Source: Deferrisomatales bacterium
GTDB lineage: Bacteria; Desulfobacterota; Deferrisomatia; Deferrisomatales; JACRMM01
NCBI GenBank assembly: GCA_033551855.1
Contig: JAWSUI010000002.1
Span: forward strand, 1 to 64,000
DNA: 64,000 nucleotides
Direction of reading: 5' to 3'
Part shown: positions 21,556-33,069 of the stretch, piece by piece
How the letters are laid out: each line of letters opens with the position of its first letter
Position numbering within the stretch: the first letter of the stretch is position 1
Made by a program: the position numbers and the translations under genes
The notes under the pieces: model-generated
Database searches by the model: none
What the model was told of the DNA's origin: nothing
Seen by the model: the letters and a program-made list of their open reading frames with translations, nothing else

Positions 21556-22922
21556 GCGAACGAGAGCGTCGACGGCTGTTCGGAACCGATGGGATCCGGG
21601 GCGTGGCCAACGCCGACCCCATGACCACGGAGATGATGCTGCGGGTGGGGCGGGCGGCGGCTCACCTCTTCAAGCAGCGCAGCGGCGGGCGCCATCGGAT
21701 CGTCATCGGCAAGGACACCCGGCTCTCCGGGTACATGCTCGAGAACGCCCTGGCGGCCGGGATCTGCTCCATGGGGGTGGATATTCTGCTGGTGGGGCCC
21801 CTTCCCACCCCGGGGATCGCCTTCATCACCTCGAGCATGCGGGCCGACGCCGGGGTGGTCATCTCTGCCTCCCACAACCCGTTCCAAGACAACGGGATCA
21901 AGTTTTTCAGCCGCGACGGCTTCAAGCTGCCGGACGAGATCGAGGAGGCGATCGAAGCCCACGTCTTCAACGGCTCCATCGAGCACGTGCGCCCGACCGC
22001 GACGGAGGTGGGGAAAGCCTTTCGGGTGGAGGATGCCGTGGGGCGCTACGTGGTGTTTCTCAAGGCCACGTTTCCCCCCCGCCTCACCCTGGAGGGGCTC
22101 AAGGTAGTCGTGGACTGCGCCAACGGGGCGGCCTACCGGGTGGCCCCGGCGGTGTTCGAGGAGCTCGGGGCCGACGTGGTAAGCCTGGGGGTCACCCCCA
22201 ACGGTACCAATATCAACGAGGCGTGCGGCAGCCTCCACCCCGAGTTCGTGGCCCAGAAGGTGCGGGAGGTGGGAGCCCACCTGGGAATCGCCCTGGACGG
22301 GGACGCGGACCGGGTGATCGTGGTGGACGAGAAGGGTGACGAGGTGGACGGCGACCACATCATGGCGGTGTGCGCCCGGGAGCTCCAACGTCGGGGGCGC
22401 CTCGCCGACGCGACCGTCGTGGCCACGGTGATGAGCAACCTCGGGCTCGAGCGCTCCCTGGAGGAGGCAGGCATCCGCCTGCTCCGCACCCAGGTGGGCG
22501 ACCGCTATGTGGTGGAATGCATGCGAGCCGGGGGGTACACCTTTGGAGGTGAGCAGTCGGGCCACCTGATCTTTCTGGACCACGGCACGACCGGCGACGG
22601 GGTGCTTGCCGCCCTCCAGCTCTTGGCGGTGATGGTCGAGACGGGCAAGCCCCTGTCCGAGCTGGCCCGCGTCATGACCGCGGTTCCCCAGGTCCTCAAG
22701 AACGTCAAGGTGCGCGAGCAGGTGCCCATCGAGAGAATCCCTGCGGCGGCGGGCGCTCTGGCGGCGGCCGAGGCGGACCTCCGCGGCTCGGGCCGCGTGC
22801 TCGTGCGCTACTCCGGGACCGAAGCCAAGCTTCGCGTCATGCTCGAGGGGGACGACGAGGGGCGGATCGAGCGACACGCCGATGAGATCTGTGAGGCGGT
22901 GCGGCGGGAGATCGGGGTGTGA
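21552..22922 (+). CDS. glmM: Phosphoglucosamine mutase
   Basis: [27 protein letters not shown] and RYSGTE motifs. Confidence 0.97.
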   Translation: MSERERRRLFGTDGIRGVANADPMTTEMMLRVGRAAAHLFKQRSGGRHRIVIGKDTRLSGYMLENALAAGICSMGVDILLVGPLPTPGIAFITSSMRADAGVVISASHNPFQDNGIKFFSRDGFKLPDEIEEAIEAHVFNGSIEHVRPTATEVGKAFRVEDAVGRYVVFLKATFPPRLTLEGLKVVVDCANGAAYRVAPAVFEELGADVVSLGVTPNGTNINEACGSLHPEFVAQKVREVGAHLGIALDGDADRVIVVDEKGDEVDGDHIMAVCARELQRRGRLADATVVATVMSNLGLERSLEEAGIRLLRTQVGDRYVVECMRAGGYTFGGEQSGHLIFLDHGTTGDGVLAALQLLAVMVETGKPLSELARVMTAVPQVLKNVKVREQVPIERIPAAAGALAAAEADLRGSGRVLVRYSGTEAKLRVMLEGDDEGRIERHADEICEAVRREIGV

Positions 22923-22992
22923 CCGGGGAGGGCACGCCCCGTCGATGGATCAGAGAGGGGGGACGGCGGCAGAGCCGCCCTCGGAGGGCGTG

Positions 22993-23724
22993 ATGATCCG
23001 ATTGGGAGTGAACATCGACCACGTGGCCACCGTCCGTCAGGCTCGGCGGATACGTGAGCCGGACCCGGTGTGGGCGGTGGTCGCGGCCGAGCTGGGGGGG
23101 GCAGACCAGATCACCCTGCACCTGCGGGAGGACCGCCGTCACATCCAGGACGACGACCTCGTGCGGGTGTTGTCCGCGGCGTCCGTGCCGGTGAACCTGG
23201 AGATGGCCGTCACCGAGGAGATGGTGGGGATCGCCCTGGACCGCCGACCCCACGCCGTGACCCTGGTGCCGGAGCGGCGCGAAGAGGTGACGACCGAGGG
23301 CGGGCTGGATGTGCTGGGGCGCCTCGAAGAGGTGGCGGCGGCGGTCACGAGGCTTCGCAGCGGGGGAATCCCGGTCAGCCTGTTCATCGACCCCGACCCG
23401 GCCCAGGTGGAGGCTTCGCAGCGAGCGGGAGCCGCCGCCGTGGAGCTCCACACCGGGGCCTACTGCGAGGCTTGGGGCGGGTCCCGGTCGGAAGAGGAAC
23501 TGGGGCGGCTCCAGCGGGCGGCAGCCCTGGCTCGGGGACAGGGGCTCGCGGTGCACGCGGGCCACGGCCTCAACGTGCGCAACGTGGGGCCGGTGGCCCG
23601 CATCCCGGAGGTCGAGGAGCTCAACATCGGCCACGCGCTGGTGGGGCGGGCGATCTTCCTCGGCCTGGAACGGGCCGTGCGGGAGATGAAGGAGCTCGTG
23701 GTCCGGGAGGCGTTGGGCCGGTGA
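22993..23724 (+). CDS. pdxJ: Pyridoxine 5'-phosphate synthase
   Basis: [31 protein letters not shown] and ELNIGH motifs. Confidence 0.97.
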   Translation: MIRLGVNIDHVATVRQARRIREPDPVWAVVAAELGGADQITLHLREDRRHIQDDDLVRVLSAASVPVNLEMAVTEEMVGIALDRRPHAVTLVPERREEVTTEGGLDVLGRLEEVAAAVTRLRSGGIPVSLFIDPDPAQVEASQRAGAAAVELHTGAYCEAWGGSRSEEELGRLQRAAALARGQGLAVHAGHGLNVRNVGPVARIPEVEELNIGHALVGRAIFLGLERAVREMKELVVREALGR

Positions 23725-24104
23725 TCCTGGGCGTGGGGCTGGACATCGTGTCCGTGGAGAGGATCCGAGCGCTCCGGGAGCGACGGGGGGAGCGCTTCCT
23801 GCGGAGGGTGTTCACCGCGGGGGAGGCCGGGGCCTGCCTGGGGAAAAAGGATCCGGCGCCGTCCCTGGCGGCACGCTTCGCCGCGAAGGAGGCCGGGATG
23901 AAGGCCCTGGGGACGGGGTGGTCCCAGGGGGTGGGCTGGCAGGACCTCGAGGTCGTCTCCGGCCCGTCCGGTGCGCCGGCTCTCGTCCTGAGGGGGCGGG
24001 CCGCGGAGGCCGCGAGGTCCCGGGGGGTGGGCGCCGTGCACCTGAGTCTGACGCACGACGCGGGGGCGGCCGCGGCTGTCGTGATCCTGGAGGCCACGTC
24101 GTGA
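23721..24104 (+). CDS. acpS: Holo-ACP synthase
   Basis: GVGLDIV, RFAAKEA..KALGTG and HLSLTH motifs. Confidence 0.95.
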   Translation: MILGVGLDIVSVERIRALRERRGERFLRRVFTAGEAGACLGKKDPAPSLAARFAAKEAGMKALGTGWSQGVGWQDLEVVSGPSGAPALVLRGRAAEAARSRGVGAVHLSLTHDAGAAAAVVILEATS

Positions 24105-25714
24105 TTCCCCTCCTGACTGCGGCGGAGATGCGCGCTCTGGACGCCCATGCCGTCCAGGAGGTGGGCATTCCCGGAGTCGTGTTGATGGAGACCGCGGGGC
24201 GGGCGGTGTTCCGGGAGCTCTGGTCCGCCTTTCGCCCCCAGGCCCTGCAGGGCCCCGTGGCGGTTGTGTGCGGCCGGGGGAACAACGGCGGGGACGGCTT
24301 CGTGGTGGCCCGGTGCCTATGCAATCTGGGTTGCCGGGTCACCGTGCTCCTCCTCGGCCGCCGGGAGGACGTCGCGGGGGAGGCGGGCGGGCACCTGACA
24401 GCCTACCTGGGCTCGGGGGGCTCGCTGGTGGAGGTGACCGACGGGGGACGGGAGGATGCAGGGGCCCTTGTGCGGGGGGCGGCGCTGGCCGTGGACGCGG
24501 TTCTCGGAACGGGCCTTTCCGGGGAGGTCAGCGGGCTGGCGGCGGACGCCGTGGGCTGGCTGAACGCAGCGCGGTGCCCCGTGGTGAGCGTGGACATCCC
24601 CTCGGGGGTGTGTTCGGATACGGGCAGGGTGTGGGGCGCCGCGGTGCGGGCCGACCTCACGGTGACCTTCGCCTGGCCGAAGCGGGGGCACTACCTCCAT
24701 CCGGGCGCGGGTCTGCGGGCCCGGTTGGTGACCGCGGAGATCGGCATTCCCCCGGCCTCCCTGGCGCGGGTCTCCCCTGGGCTCCGTTGCTTGGAGGAGC
24801 CGGACTTCCTGGGGCTCCTCGACCGACCCAGGGACGCCCACAAGGGCTCCCTGGGCCACGTGGTCGTGTTGGGCGGGAGCCCCGGAAAATCGGGGGCCCC
24901 GGGGCTCGCGGCGTGGGGGGCGCTGCGGGCCGGGGCCGGGCTGGCCACGGTCGCCGCCCCGGCGGGGTGCCTGGAAGCGGGCCGGCTGCCGCTGGAAGTG
25001 ATGACCGAGCCTCTGGGCGCGGGAGAAAAGGGCGGGGGGGGATGGGAGGTCGACCTCTGGGAACGTGCCGCGGACGCCCTGGGGCGGGCCGACGCCCTGG
25101 TGGTCGGGCCAGGAATGGGCACGGCCCCGGGGGCGGCGGGCTTCCTGGGGCGCCTCCTGACGACGGACGGGGCCCCCGCCGTTCTGGATGCCGACGCCCT
25201 CAACCTGGTGGCCGGGGAGCCGGGCGCCTGGGATGAGAGGCGGCGCCCGGTCGTGCTCACTCCCCATCCGGGGGAGGCAGCGAGGCTCCTCGGCGTCTCC
25301 TCGGGTGAGGTGCAGGCCGACCGGGTGGGGGTCTTGGAGGCCCTGTGCGCGCGGTACGGGTGCCCCGTGATCCTGAAGGGCGCCGGCACCCTGGTGGGCG
25401 CGCCGGGCGAGCCCGTCCACCTTGTCCCCGTGGGCAACCCCGGGATGGCCACCGCCGGCACAGGGGATGTCCTCGCGGGGATCCTCGGCGCCCTGCTGGC
25501 CCGGGGGCTCGAGACTGCCGTCGCCTCCGGGCTGGCTGCCTATGTCCACGGGCTCGCTGGGGACTTGGCGGCGGAGGCGGTGGGGGAGGAAGCGCTGGTG
25601 GCCTCCGACCTGCTCGCCGCCCTGCCCCGGGCCCTGAACCGGCTGAGCGGGGCCGGCCGGGCGCTTCCGTGCGCCGGGGCCTCCCCGTCCCCTGCCGGCC
25701 TGCGCGACCACTGA
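24101..25714 (+). CDS. nnr: Bifunctional NAD(P)H-hydrate epimerase/dehydratase
   Basis: LMETAG, GNNGGDG, DIPSG, LTPHPGE and ATAGTGDVLAG motifs. Confidence 0.95.
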   Translation: MIPLLTAAEMRALDAHAVQEVGIPGVVLMETAGRAVFRELWSAFRPQALQGPVAVVCGRGNNGGDGFVVARCLCNLGCRVTVLLLGRREDVAGEAGGHLTAYLGSGGSLVEVTDGGREDAGALVRGAALAVDAVLGTGLSGEVSGLAADAVGWLNAARCPVVSVDIPSGVCSDTGRVWGAAVRADLTVTFAWPKRGHYLHPGAGLRARLVTAEIGIPPASLARVSPGLRCLEEPDFLGLLDRPRDAHKGSLGHVVVLGGSPGKSGAPGLAAWGALRAGAGLATVAAPAGCLEAGRLPLEVMTEPLGAGEKGGGGWEVDLWERAADALGRADALVVGPGMGTAPGAAGFLGRLLTTDGAPAVLDADALNLVAGEPGAWDERRRPVVLTPHPGEAARLLGVSSGEVQADRVGVLEALCARYGCPVILKGAGTLVGAPGEPVHLVPVGNPGMATAGTGDVLAGILGALLARGLETAVASGLAAYVHGLAGDLAAEAVGEEALVASDLLAALPRALNRLSGAGRALPCAGASPSPAGLRDH

Positions 25715-25780
25715 CCGGGGCGGACACCCCCTAGCCCCTTCGGACCGACGGGATCGGTCCCTCCCCCTGGAGGAGTCTGG

Positions 25781-26236
25781 ATGAAGACGGCCCGAGAGAT
25801 CATGACGCGCGATGTCCACACGGTCCCCCCGGAGCTCTCCCTCCAGGACCTGGCCCGAGCTTTCGACGAGCGCCGGGTGAGCGGTTTTCCCGTCCTCGAC
25901 GGCGACGGGAAACTGGTGGGAGTGGTGACGGAGACCGACCTGATCCATCAGAACCAGAGGCTCCACATCCCCACGGCGGTCGCGATTTTCGACGCCGTGG
26001 TGGTGTTGAGCAGCTCCAGGAAGCTGGAAGAGGAGATGCGTCGGGTGGCGGCGACCACGGTCGGGGAGATCATGACCCGGGCGCCGGTGACCGTCGGCGA
26101 GGACGCCACGGTGGAGGAGATCGCCACGGTCATGGGCGAGCAGGGCGTGCACACCCTGCCCGTCCTGGGCCCGGAAGGGCAACTCGCCGGAGTGATCGGG
26201 AAGAGGGACGTGATACGCGCCATGGCGTCCCCGTGA
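25781..26236 (+). CDS. CBS domain protein
   Basis: Paired CBS motifs (IMTRDV...GFPV...GVVTETDL). Confidence 0.9.
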   Translation: MKTAREIMTRDVHTVPPELSLQDLARAFDERRVSGFPVLDGDGKLVGVVTETDLIHQNQRLHIPTAVAIFDAVVVLSSSRKLEEEMRRVAATTVGEIMTRAPVTVGEDATVEEIATVMGEQGVHTLPVLGPEGQLAGVIGKRDVIRAMASP

Positions 26237-26733
26237 AGAAGGAGGTTGCCTGCCCGTCTCCGGACCACACCCTGGCGGTGGGCGAAGCGATCGGGCGGGC
26301 TCTCGGTCCCGGCGGGGTGATTGCCCTGGAGGGCCCTTTGGGGGCTGGGAAGACCCTGCTCACCAAGGGCATCGCCCGGGGGCTGGGGGTCCGGGAGTGG
26401 CGGTACGTCACGAGCCCCACGTTTGCGATCCACAACGTCTACCAGGGGCGGTTGCGGCTCCACCACCTGGACCTGTATCGCCTCGGCGGCGCCCTGGAGC
26501 TGGAGCAGCTCGGCCTGGAGGAGGCCCTACACGGGGCGGACGCGTGCGTGATAGAATGGCCCGATATTTTGCTCCAGGAGCTGCCCCAGGAGCGGGTGGA
26601 CGTGCGGTTCCGCTGGGGGGAGGACGGGGGGCGGATCCTGGAGATCGAGGCCGGGGGCCCGGTGGGGGAGACCCTGTCCGTAGAGTTGGAGGCGGTCGTG
26701 CAGGATTCGGGAGTGAGGAAGGAGGGCGTATGA
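26233..26733 (+). CDS. tsaE: tRNA t6A ATPase TsaE
   Basis: [21 protein letters not shown] and IEW motifs. Confidence 0.95.
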   Translation: MKKEVACPSPDHTLAVGEAIGRALGPGGVIALEGPLGAGKTLLTKGIARGLGVREWRYVTSPTFAIHNVYQGRLRLHHLDLYRLGGALELEQLGLEEALHGADACVIEWPDILLQELPQERVDVRFRWGEDGGRILEIEAGGPVGETLSVELEAVVQDSGVRKEGV

Positions 26734-28136
26734 CTTACGACGTGGCGATCCTGGGGGGCGGCCCGGCGGGGTACGTGGGGGCCATCCGGGGAGGACAGCT
26801 TGGGGCGAGCGTCTGCCTCATCGAGCAGGGGGAGCTCGGGGGGACCTGCCTCAACCGGGGGTGCATCCCGTCCAAGGCCTTCTTCGAGAGCGCGCGGCAG
26901 ATGCAGGCCTTGGCCCGCGGCGCCGAGTTCGGGATCCGGGCGAGCCTGCAGGACTTCGACCTGGCCGCCTGCGTTGCCCGGAAGGACGGGGTGGTCCGAC
27001 AGCTCGTGGGCGGGGTGGAGTCCCTGCTCGGGGGCTATGGGGTCGAGGTCGTCAAGGGCCGGGGAGTCCTCCTGGAGCCCGACACCATCCAGGTGACCGC
27101 GCCGGACGGCTCCAAGTCCGTTGTGAAGGGGCGCAACGTGATCGTGGCCACGGGGTCCCGTCCGGCCGAGGTGCCGGCTCTCCCGGTCGATGGCGAGAGG
27201 ATCGTCACCAGCGACCAGATCTGGGGAATCGAGACCTTGCCCCGCCGGATGGTGATCGTGGGGGGCGGCGTGATCGGGTGCGAGGTGGCGCACATCTTTG
27301 CGGCCTTCGGCTCCCGGGTCACGGTCGTCGAGCTGCTGGATCGGCTCCTGGCCAGCGAGGACAGGGACGTCGCTCGGGTCGTGCACAAGAGTCTGGAGGC
27401 CCGGGGGGTGGAGATCCGTACCGGGGTCCGGGTCGCCGGGGCCGAGCTCCGCGGTTCCGGCGTCGTGGTGGCGCTGGAGGGCGGGGACGAGCTCTCCTGC
27501 GATTGCGCCGTGGTGGCGGTGGGGCGGGCCTACAACAGCCAAGGGATCGGCCTCGAGGAGGCCGGCATCGCCTTGGACCCGTCGGGAATGGTCGAGGTGA
27601 ACGACGAGATGGAGACGTCGGTTCCCGGGGTGTGGGCCGTGGGGGACGTGGTGGGACAGTTCCTCTTGGCCCACGTGGCCACCAGCGAGACGCTGGTGGC
27701 GGTGCACAACGCCCTGGGCAAGAAATACTGGATGGACTACTCCGTGGTTCCCTACGCGATCTTCACCGGGCCCGAGGTGGCGGCGGTGGGCGCCAAGGAG
27801 GCGGAGCTGAAGGAGCAGAAGATCCCGTACAATACGGGGCGATTCTCCTTTGCCGCCAGCGGAAAGGCCCTGTGCATGGGCGAGCCCGAGGGGTTCATCA
27901 AGATCCTCTCCCACTCCGAGACCGGCCGGGTGCTGGGGGCGACCATCGTGGGAGCCCACGCCTCCGACGTGATCGGCGAGGTCGCGCTCGCGATGCGCAT
28001 GGAGGCCTCTCCGGGCGACATCGTCACGACCATCCACGTCCACCCCACCGTGAGCGAGGTGATCCTGGAGGCCTGCGAGGACACCATGGGGCTCTCCATC
28101 CACAAGGCCGGGCGACGCCCCACACGAGGCTCCTGA
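26730..28136 (+). CDS. lpdA: Dihydrolipoyl dehydrogenase
   Basis: [28 protein letters not shown] and HVHPTVSE motifs. Confidence 0.93.
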   Translation: MTYDVAILGGGPAGYVGAIRGGQLGASVCLIEQGELGGTCLNRGCIPSKAFFESARQMQALARGAEFGIRASLQDFDLAACVARKDGVVRQLVGGVESLLGGYGVEVVKGRGVLLEPDTIQVTAPDGSKSVVKGRNVIVATGSRPAEVPALPVDGERIVTSDQIWGIETLPRRMVIVGGGVIGCEVAHIFAAFGSRVTVVELLDRLLASEDRDVARVVHKSLEARGVEIRTGVRVAGAELRGSGVVVALEGGDELSCDCAVVAVGRAYNSQGIGLEEAGIALDPSGMVEVNDEMETSVPGVWAVGDVVGQFLLAHVATSETLVAVHNALGKKYWMDYSVVPYAIFTGPEVAAVGAKEAELKEQKIPYNTGRFSFAASGKALCMGEPEGFIKILSHSETGRVLGATIVGAHASDVIGEVALAMRMEASPGDIVTTIHVHPTVSEVILEACEDTMGLSIHKAGRRPTRGS

Positions 28137-28141
28137 GCGCC

Positions 28142-29362
28142 ATGGCCCTGATCGTCCAGAAGTACGGCGGCACCTCCGTGAAGGACGGGGAGCGGATCGC
28201 CAACGTGGCGCGCCGGGTGGCGCGGTACAAGGCCGAGGGCCACGACGTGGTGGTGGTGGTCTCCGCCATGTCCGGGGCGACGGACGGCCTGATCAAGCTG
28301 GCCCATGAGGTGACCGACGTCCCCGACGAGCGGGAGATGGACGTGCTCCTCGCGACCGGCGAGCAGGTGACCATCGCGCTCCTTACCATGAACCTCCTCT
28401 CCCTCGGGGTGCCGGCTCGTTCGCTGACGGGCCAGCAGGTTCGGATCCGCACCGACTCGGCCCACACCAAGGCCCGGATCTCGGATGTGGATACCTCCCC
28501 GTTGCGCAAGGCCCTCGGGGAGGGCAAGGTCGTCGTCGTGGCGGGTTTCCAGGGGGTCAACCCCGACGGGGACATCACCACCTTGGGGCGCGGAGGCTCG
28601 GACACCAGCGCCGTGGCGGTGGCCGCCGCACTGAAGGCCGACGTCTGCGAGATCTACACCGATGTGGACGGCGTGTACACGACCGACCCCAACGTGTATG
28701 AGCGCGCGCGCAAGCTCGAGAGGATTTCCTACGACGAGATGCTGGAGTTGGCGAGCGTCGGCGCCAAGGTGCTCCAGATCCGCTCGGTGGAGTTCGCGAA
28801 GAAGCACAACGTTCCGATCCACGTGCGGTCTTCGTTCAACGACAACGAGGGCACCTGGGTCGTGGAGGAGGAAGAGAAGATGGAGCAGGTGGTGGTTGCC
28901 GGGGTGACGTACGACCGCAATGAGGCCAAGGTGAGCGTGCGGGGAGTCCCCGACCGGCCCGGGGTGGCGGCAAAGCTCTTCGGCGCCCTCTCGGAGAAGA
29001 ACATCGTCGTCGACATGATCGTCCAGGACGTGGGGGAGGGAGATCGGGCCTCCATGACGTTCACCGTCCCCAAGGCCGACCTCAAACGGGCCTTGCTGGT
29101 GGTGGAGCCACTGGCTCGGGAGCTCGGGGCCCTCGAAGTCACTTCCGACACGGGAATCTCCAAGGTCTCCATCGTGGGCGTGGGCATGCGCAGCCACGCC
29201 GGGGTCGCCGCCAAGATGTTCGACGTGCTCGCCCGGGAGGGGATCAACGTGCTGATGATCTCCACGTCCGAGATCAAGGTCTCGTGCGTGGTGGAGGAAA
29301 AGTACACGGAGCTCGCCGTCCGGGCCCTCCACGACGCCTTCGGTCTTTCCCGTGACGCCTGA
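28142..29362 (+). CDS. lysC: Aspartate kinase
   Basis: VQKYGGTSV and TLGRGGSD motifs; two ACT domains; STSEIK. Confidence 0.97.
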   Translation: MALIVQKYGGTSVKDGERIANVARRVARYKAEGHDVVVVVSAMSGATDGLIKLAHEVTDVPDEREMDVLLATGEQVTIALLTMNLLSLGVPARSLTGQQVRIRTDSAHTKARISDVDTSPLRKALGEGKVVVVAGFQGVNPDGDITTLGRGGSDTSAVAVAAALKADVCEIYTDVDGVYTTDPNVYERARKLERISYDEMLELASVGAKVLQIRSVEFAKKHNVPIHVRSSFNDNEGTWVVEEEEKMEQVVVAGVTYDRNEAKVSVRGVPDRPGVAAKLFGALSEKNIVVDMIVQDVGEGDRASMTFTVPKADLKRALLVVEPLARELGALEVTSDTGISKVSIVGVGMRSHAGVAAKMFDVLAREGINVLMISTSEIKVSCVVEEKYTELAVRALHDAFGLSRDA

Positions 29363-29452
29363 CGGACGGCCGGTGGGCCTCCCCTTACGATCTTCGCCCC
29401 TTCGCCTCGCACCCCCCGGTCACGGGGCGTCGCGGCGACGCGCAGACAGGCC

Positions 29453-31060
29453 ATGATCCGCGTCTACGACACGACCTTGCGCGACGGTACCCAGGCGGAG
29501 GACGTCTCCTTCTCCGTGGAGGACAAGCTGCGCATCGCCCAGCAGCTCGACAGCCTGGGCATCCACTACGTGGAGGGGGGGTGGCCGGGCTCGAACCCCC
29601 GCGACATCCAGTTCTTCCGGGAGGCCCGGGGGCTCCGCCTGGAGCAGGCGAGGTTGTGCGCCTTCGGGAGCACGCGTCGGGCCGACGTGCGGCCGGAGGA
29701 CGACGCCAGCCTCCAGGCCCTGCTCGAGGCCGAGACCCCAGTGGTGACCATCTTCGGCAAGTCCTGGGACCTGCACGTAGAGGATGCGCTGCGCGTCACC
29801 CTCGAGAAGAACGAGGAGCTGATCGAGCAGAGCGTGGCGTACCTGAAGCGCCACGTTGCCGAGGTGGTATACGACGCAGAGCACTTCTTTGACGGGTACA
29901 AGGCGAGCCCCGAGTACGCTCTGCGCACGGTCCGGGCCGCCCTGCGGGGGGGGGCCGACGTGGTGGTGCTGTGCGATACCAACGGCGGCAGCCTGCCCAC
30001 GGAGATTGGGCGGATCGTGGGGGAGGTGCGGGAGGCGGTACCCGGGGTCCTCGGAATCCACTGCCACAACGACGGGGAGTTGGCCGTGGCCAACACCCTG
30101 GTGGCGGTGGAGGCCGGCGCCACCCACGTCCAGGGGACCGTCAACGGCTTCGGGGAGCGCTGCGGGAACGCGAACCTGATCTCCATCCTCCCCAACCTCG
30201 TCCTCAAGATGGGCCGTTCCTGCATCGCGGCCGACCGCCTCAAGCGCCTGCGGGAGGTGGCCCGGTTCGTGGACGAGCTGGCCAACCTGCACCACGACAA
30301 GCACCAGCCCTTCGTGGGGGACAGCGCCTTCGCCCACAAGGGGGGCGTCCACGTCTCGGCGGTGCGCCGCAACCCGTTGACCTACGAGCACATCGACCCG
30401 AGCCTCGTGGGAAACAGCCAGCGCGTGCTGATCTCCGATCTCTCGGGCCGGGCCAACGTCCTGACGAAGGCGCAGGAGATGGGCTTCGACCTGGAGGGGC
30501 AGGGCCAGTTGGCCGCTGAGGTGCTCGAGCGCGTCAAGCGCCTGGAGGCGGAGGGGTACCTCTACGAGGGGGCTGAGGCGAGCTTCGAGATCCTGCTGAA
30601 GAAGAGCCTCGGTCTGCACCACAAGTTCTTCGACCTCATCGGCTTCCGTGTGATCGACGAAAAGCGCCACGAAAACGAAGAGCCCATCGCCGAGGCGACC
30701 ATCATGCTGCGCGCCGACGGCGTGGTGGAACACACCGCGGCCATCGGCAACGGTCCGGTCAACGCCCTGGACGCGGCGCTTCGCAAGGCGCTGGAGAAGT
30801 TCTACCCCGCCATCCGGGACGTGCACCTGCTGGACTTCAAGGTGCGCGTGCTCACCTCGGGGGGCGGCACGGCCTCCCGGGTCCGGGTGCTCATCGAGTC
30901 CAGCGACGGCCGGGAAACCTGGGGCACCGTCGGCGTGAGCGCCAACGTGATCCAGGCCTCTTGGCAGGCACTGGTGGACTCCATCGAGTACAAGCTCATG
31001 CGGGACGAGGAGCGCGCCCAGGGGGTGGGAGAAACCGGCGCCGAGACACCGGTGGCCTGA
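29453..31060 (+). CDS. cimA: Citramalate synthase
   Basis: [29 protein letters not shown] and AHKGGVH motifs. Confidence 0.93.
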   Translation: MIRVYDTTLRDGTQAEDVSFSVEDKLRIAQQLDSLGIHYVEGGWPGSNPRDIQFFREARGLRLEQARLCAFGSTRRADVRPEDDASLQALLEAETPVVTIFGKSWDLHVEDALRVTLEKNEELIEQSVAYLKRHVAEVVYDAEHFFDGYKASPEYALRTVRAALRGGADVVVLCDTNGGSLPTEIGRIVGEVREAVPGVLGIHCHNDGELAVANTLVAVEAGATHVQGTVNGFGERCGNANLISILPNLVLKMGRSCIAADRLKRLREVARFVDELANLHHDKHQPFVGDSAFAHKGGVHVSAVRRNPLTYEHIDPSLVGNSQRVLISDLSGRANVLTKAQEMGFDLEGQGQLAAEVLERVKRLEAEGYLYEGAEASFEILLKKSLGLHHKFFDLIGFRVIDEKRHENEEPIAEATIMLRADGVVEHTAAIGNGPVNALDAALRKALEKFYPAIRDVHLLDFKVRVLTSGGGTASRVRVLIESSDGRETWGTVGVSANVIQASWQALVDSIEYKLMRDEERAQGVGETGAETPVA

Positions 31061-31097
31061 CCCGGGGGCCCTCCTGTCCCGGGAGGCAACCCGTCCC

Positions 31098-31562
31098 ATG
31101 GCGGACCGCGCCCCCGACCGCAGTGCCGTGCTCGGCCTCGTGCTCCTGGCTGCGCTTTCCTGGCTGCTTCCCCAGGGCTTTCGCCTGGCGGCCCGGCTTT
31201 TCGGGCCCGCTTCCCCGGCGGTCTACGGCGTGGAGGGCTCGTCCGGCCTCCTCTGGTCTCCCCGCGACTCCTCGCCGGTTCCCGACGGCCACCTCTTGGG
31301 GGACCGGGGGCGCGCCGGCGCTCTCGTCGGGGGCTGGGAGGGGCTCCTCTTTGGCACCCCTCTCGACCTCAACCGGGCCACGCGCGAGGACCTGGAGGCG
31401 CTTCCCGGCGTCGGGCCCAAGACGGCCGAGGCCATTCTCTCGGCCCGGGAGAGCGCCGGGGGATTCGACGCCGTGGAGGACCTCCTCCGCGTCCGGGGCA
31501 TCGGCCCCAGGACCCTGACCAGGCTGCGGCCGTTGGTGAGGGTGGAAAAGGAAGCTCCCTGA
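31098..31562 (+). CDS. ComEA-like helix-hairpin-helix DNA-binding protein
   Basis: LDLNRAT.EDLEALPGVGP..A..I...R...GGF...EDL..V.GIG motif; N-terminal TM. Confidence 0.88.
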   Translation: MADRAPDRSAVLGLVLLAALSWLLPQGFRLAARLFGPASPAVYGVEGSSGLLWSPRDSSPVPDGHLLGDRGRAGALVGGWEGLLFGTPLDLNRATREDLEALPGVGPKTAEAILSARESAGGFDAVEDLLRVRGIGPRTLTRLRPLVRVEKEAP

Positions 31563-31606
31563 CGAGGCCGCCTCCCCCACCTCCCCACCGCCTCGGGCAG
31601 GGCTCA

Positions 31607-31749
31607 GAGTCTGTGAAACAATCTGCCGCGAGACCGGATTCCTTCGTTGCGCACTCGCGCACCCCTCGCCTATCTACCTGAACTATCTCGTCGTTCGCTC
31701 CTGCGCGCCTCGCACGCCGGCCCGCTCGCGACGATTCCTTCACGAACTC
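31607..31749. mobile_element. 143-bp MITE-like element (IS5/IS1031-type ends) with 3-bp TCA target duplication
   Basis: Imperfect TIRs GAGTCTGTGAAACAATCTGCCGCGAG and CTCGCGACGATTCCTTCACGAACTC, flanked by TCA at 31604-31606 and 31750-31752. Confidence 0.7.
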
Positions 31750-32352
31750 TCACTGGGGATGGGCCGACAGGCGGGCGTGCAGCGGGCTCCTCCGGGGAAA
31801 GTGGCTGACGAGAAAGTCCATCTGATCGGAGAGGATCCGTCTCCCCTGGAGGTACACGTATTCGGCGTGGGAGGGGGTGAAGGGCACGGCCAGCAGCTCC
31901 ATCCCCGCCTCCTCGGGGGTCCGGCCCGACTTTCCGTGGTTGCAGCGCTTGCAGGCGGTGACGACGTTGCTCCAAGTGTCCTGCCCCCCTCGGCTGAGGG
32001 GGGTGACGTGGTCCCTGGAGAGATCACACGCCGGGAACCGCTGGCCGCAGTAGAGGCACAGGTGGGCGTCGCGTCCGAAGAGCGTCGGGTTCGAGAGGGG
32101 CGGCGCATGGGCGCGCGCCGCCCGGCGGTGGGCGCGCCGCCCGCCCACGGTGGCAAGGACCGACCGCACCTCGATCACCGTGCGCCGCCCCGAGCGGGCA
32201 TTCGTGCCGCCGCGGAGGCGGTAGAGCAGGGTTCCGAGAGAGTAGGCCACGCGCTCGAGGTGGTGCAGGCGCACCGCCTCCTGGTAGTCGATCCAGTCCA
32301 GCGGCACACCCCCCACATCGACCCGGAGCACCTGTTGGTCCAGGCCGTACAC
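31750..32352 (-). CDS. HNH endonuclease (McrA-like), 200 aa
   Basis: RD..LCLYCG, SRDHVTPLSRGG.D.W.NVVTACKRCN and RTPEEA motifs; GGAGG RBS before GTG. Confidence 0.92.
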   Translation of the reverse strand: MYGLDQQVLRVDVGGVPLDWIDYQEAVRLHHLERVAYSLGTLLYRLRGGTNARSGRRTVIEVRSVLATVGGRRAHRRAARAHAPPLSNPTLFGRDAHLCLYCGQRFPACDLSRDHVTPLSRGGQDTWSNVVTACKRCNHGKSGRTPEEAGMELLAVPFTPSHAEYVYLQGRRILSDQMDFLVSHFPRRSPLHARLSAHPQ

Positions 32353-32426
32353 GGCGCCTCCCCGGAAAGGAAGAGGGTCCGACGCGACGCTTGTGGGTTG
32401 TAGCAGTTTCGGCCGAGGGAAGCAAA

Positions 32427-32920
32427 GGGTTCCGGCAGCCCCGGATTCCCCGCCTGCCCGGCAAGCGGAGGCCGGGAGCCCCTGCGTTCCGCCCCGCCAT
32501 CCGCGGCGACGGGCAGGGGTGTCCCCGGAGGCCCCGGTGCGCCGGGCGTCACCCGTTTGCGTCGGGCCGGGAGGGTCGGTCGATGCGGTACGGGGCTGCT
32601 CTCCGGTGCTCCCGACACCCGCTCCAAGACGTGGCGGCGGGTTCCGGCAGCCTCGGATTCCCCGCCTGCCCGGCAAGCGGAGGCCGGGAGCCCCTGCGTT
32701 CCGCCCCGCCATCCGCGGCGACGGGCAGGGGTGTCCCCGGAGGCCCCGGTGCGCCGGGCGTCACCCGTTTGCGTCGGGCCGGGAGGGTCGGTCGATGCGG
32801 TACGGGGCTGCTCTCCGGTGCTCCCGACACCCGCTCCAAGACGTGGCGGCGGGTTCCGGCAGCCTCGGATTCCCCGCCTGCCCGGCAAGCGGAGGCCGGG
32901 AGCCCCTGCGTTCCGCCCCG
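32427..32920. repeat. Tandem repeat, 212-bp period, 2.33 copies
   Basis: Units start at 32427, 32639 and 32851 (the last partial, 70 bp). One mismatch noticed (C32441 versus T32653). Confidence 0.95.
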
Positions 32921-33069
32921 AGATCTGCGGCAATGGAAAGGGCGGTGCCCCAGGCAAAGGGTGCTGGACCGAGCCGTTCTGCCTCGGGTTCTGTCCTTCG
33001 GGGGGTGCGGTGGGCGGCCGCCCTCCACGGGCTCCCCTGACCTGCCACGGAAATGTGGTTCTTCCGGTA

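Noticed and set aside
19763..22922. c-di-AMP module cdaA-cdaR-glmM as a novelty
   Set aside because: A well-known conserved operon that is also reported in deltaproteobacteria.
31750..32712. 320-aa extended HNH ORF, or an IscB/Cas9-like protein
   Set aside because: The extension is translation of the tandem repeat, a good RBS precedes GTG 32352, and there are no RuvC or PLMP motifs.
32427..32920. Tandem repeat as a CRISPR-like array
   Set aside because: The linkers are identical and 142 bp long, so there are no unique spacers.
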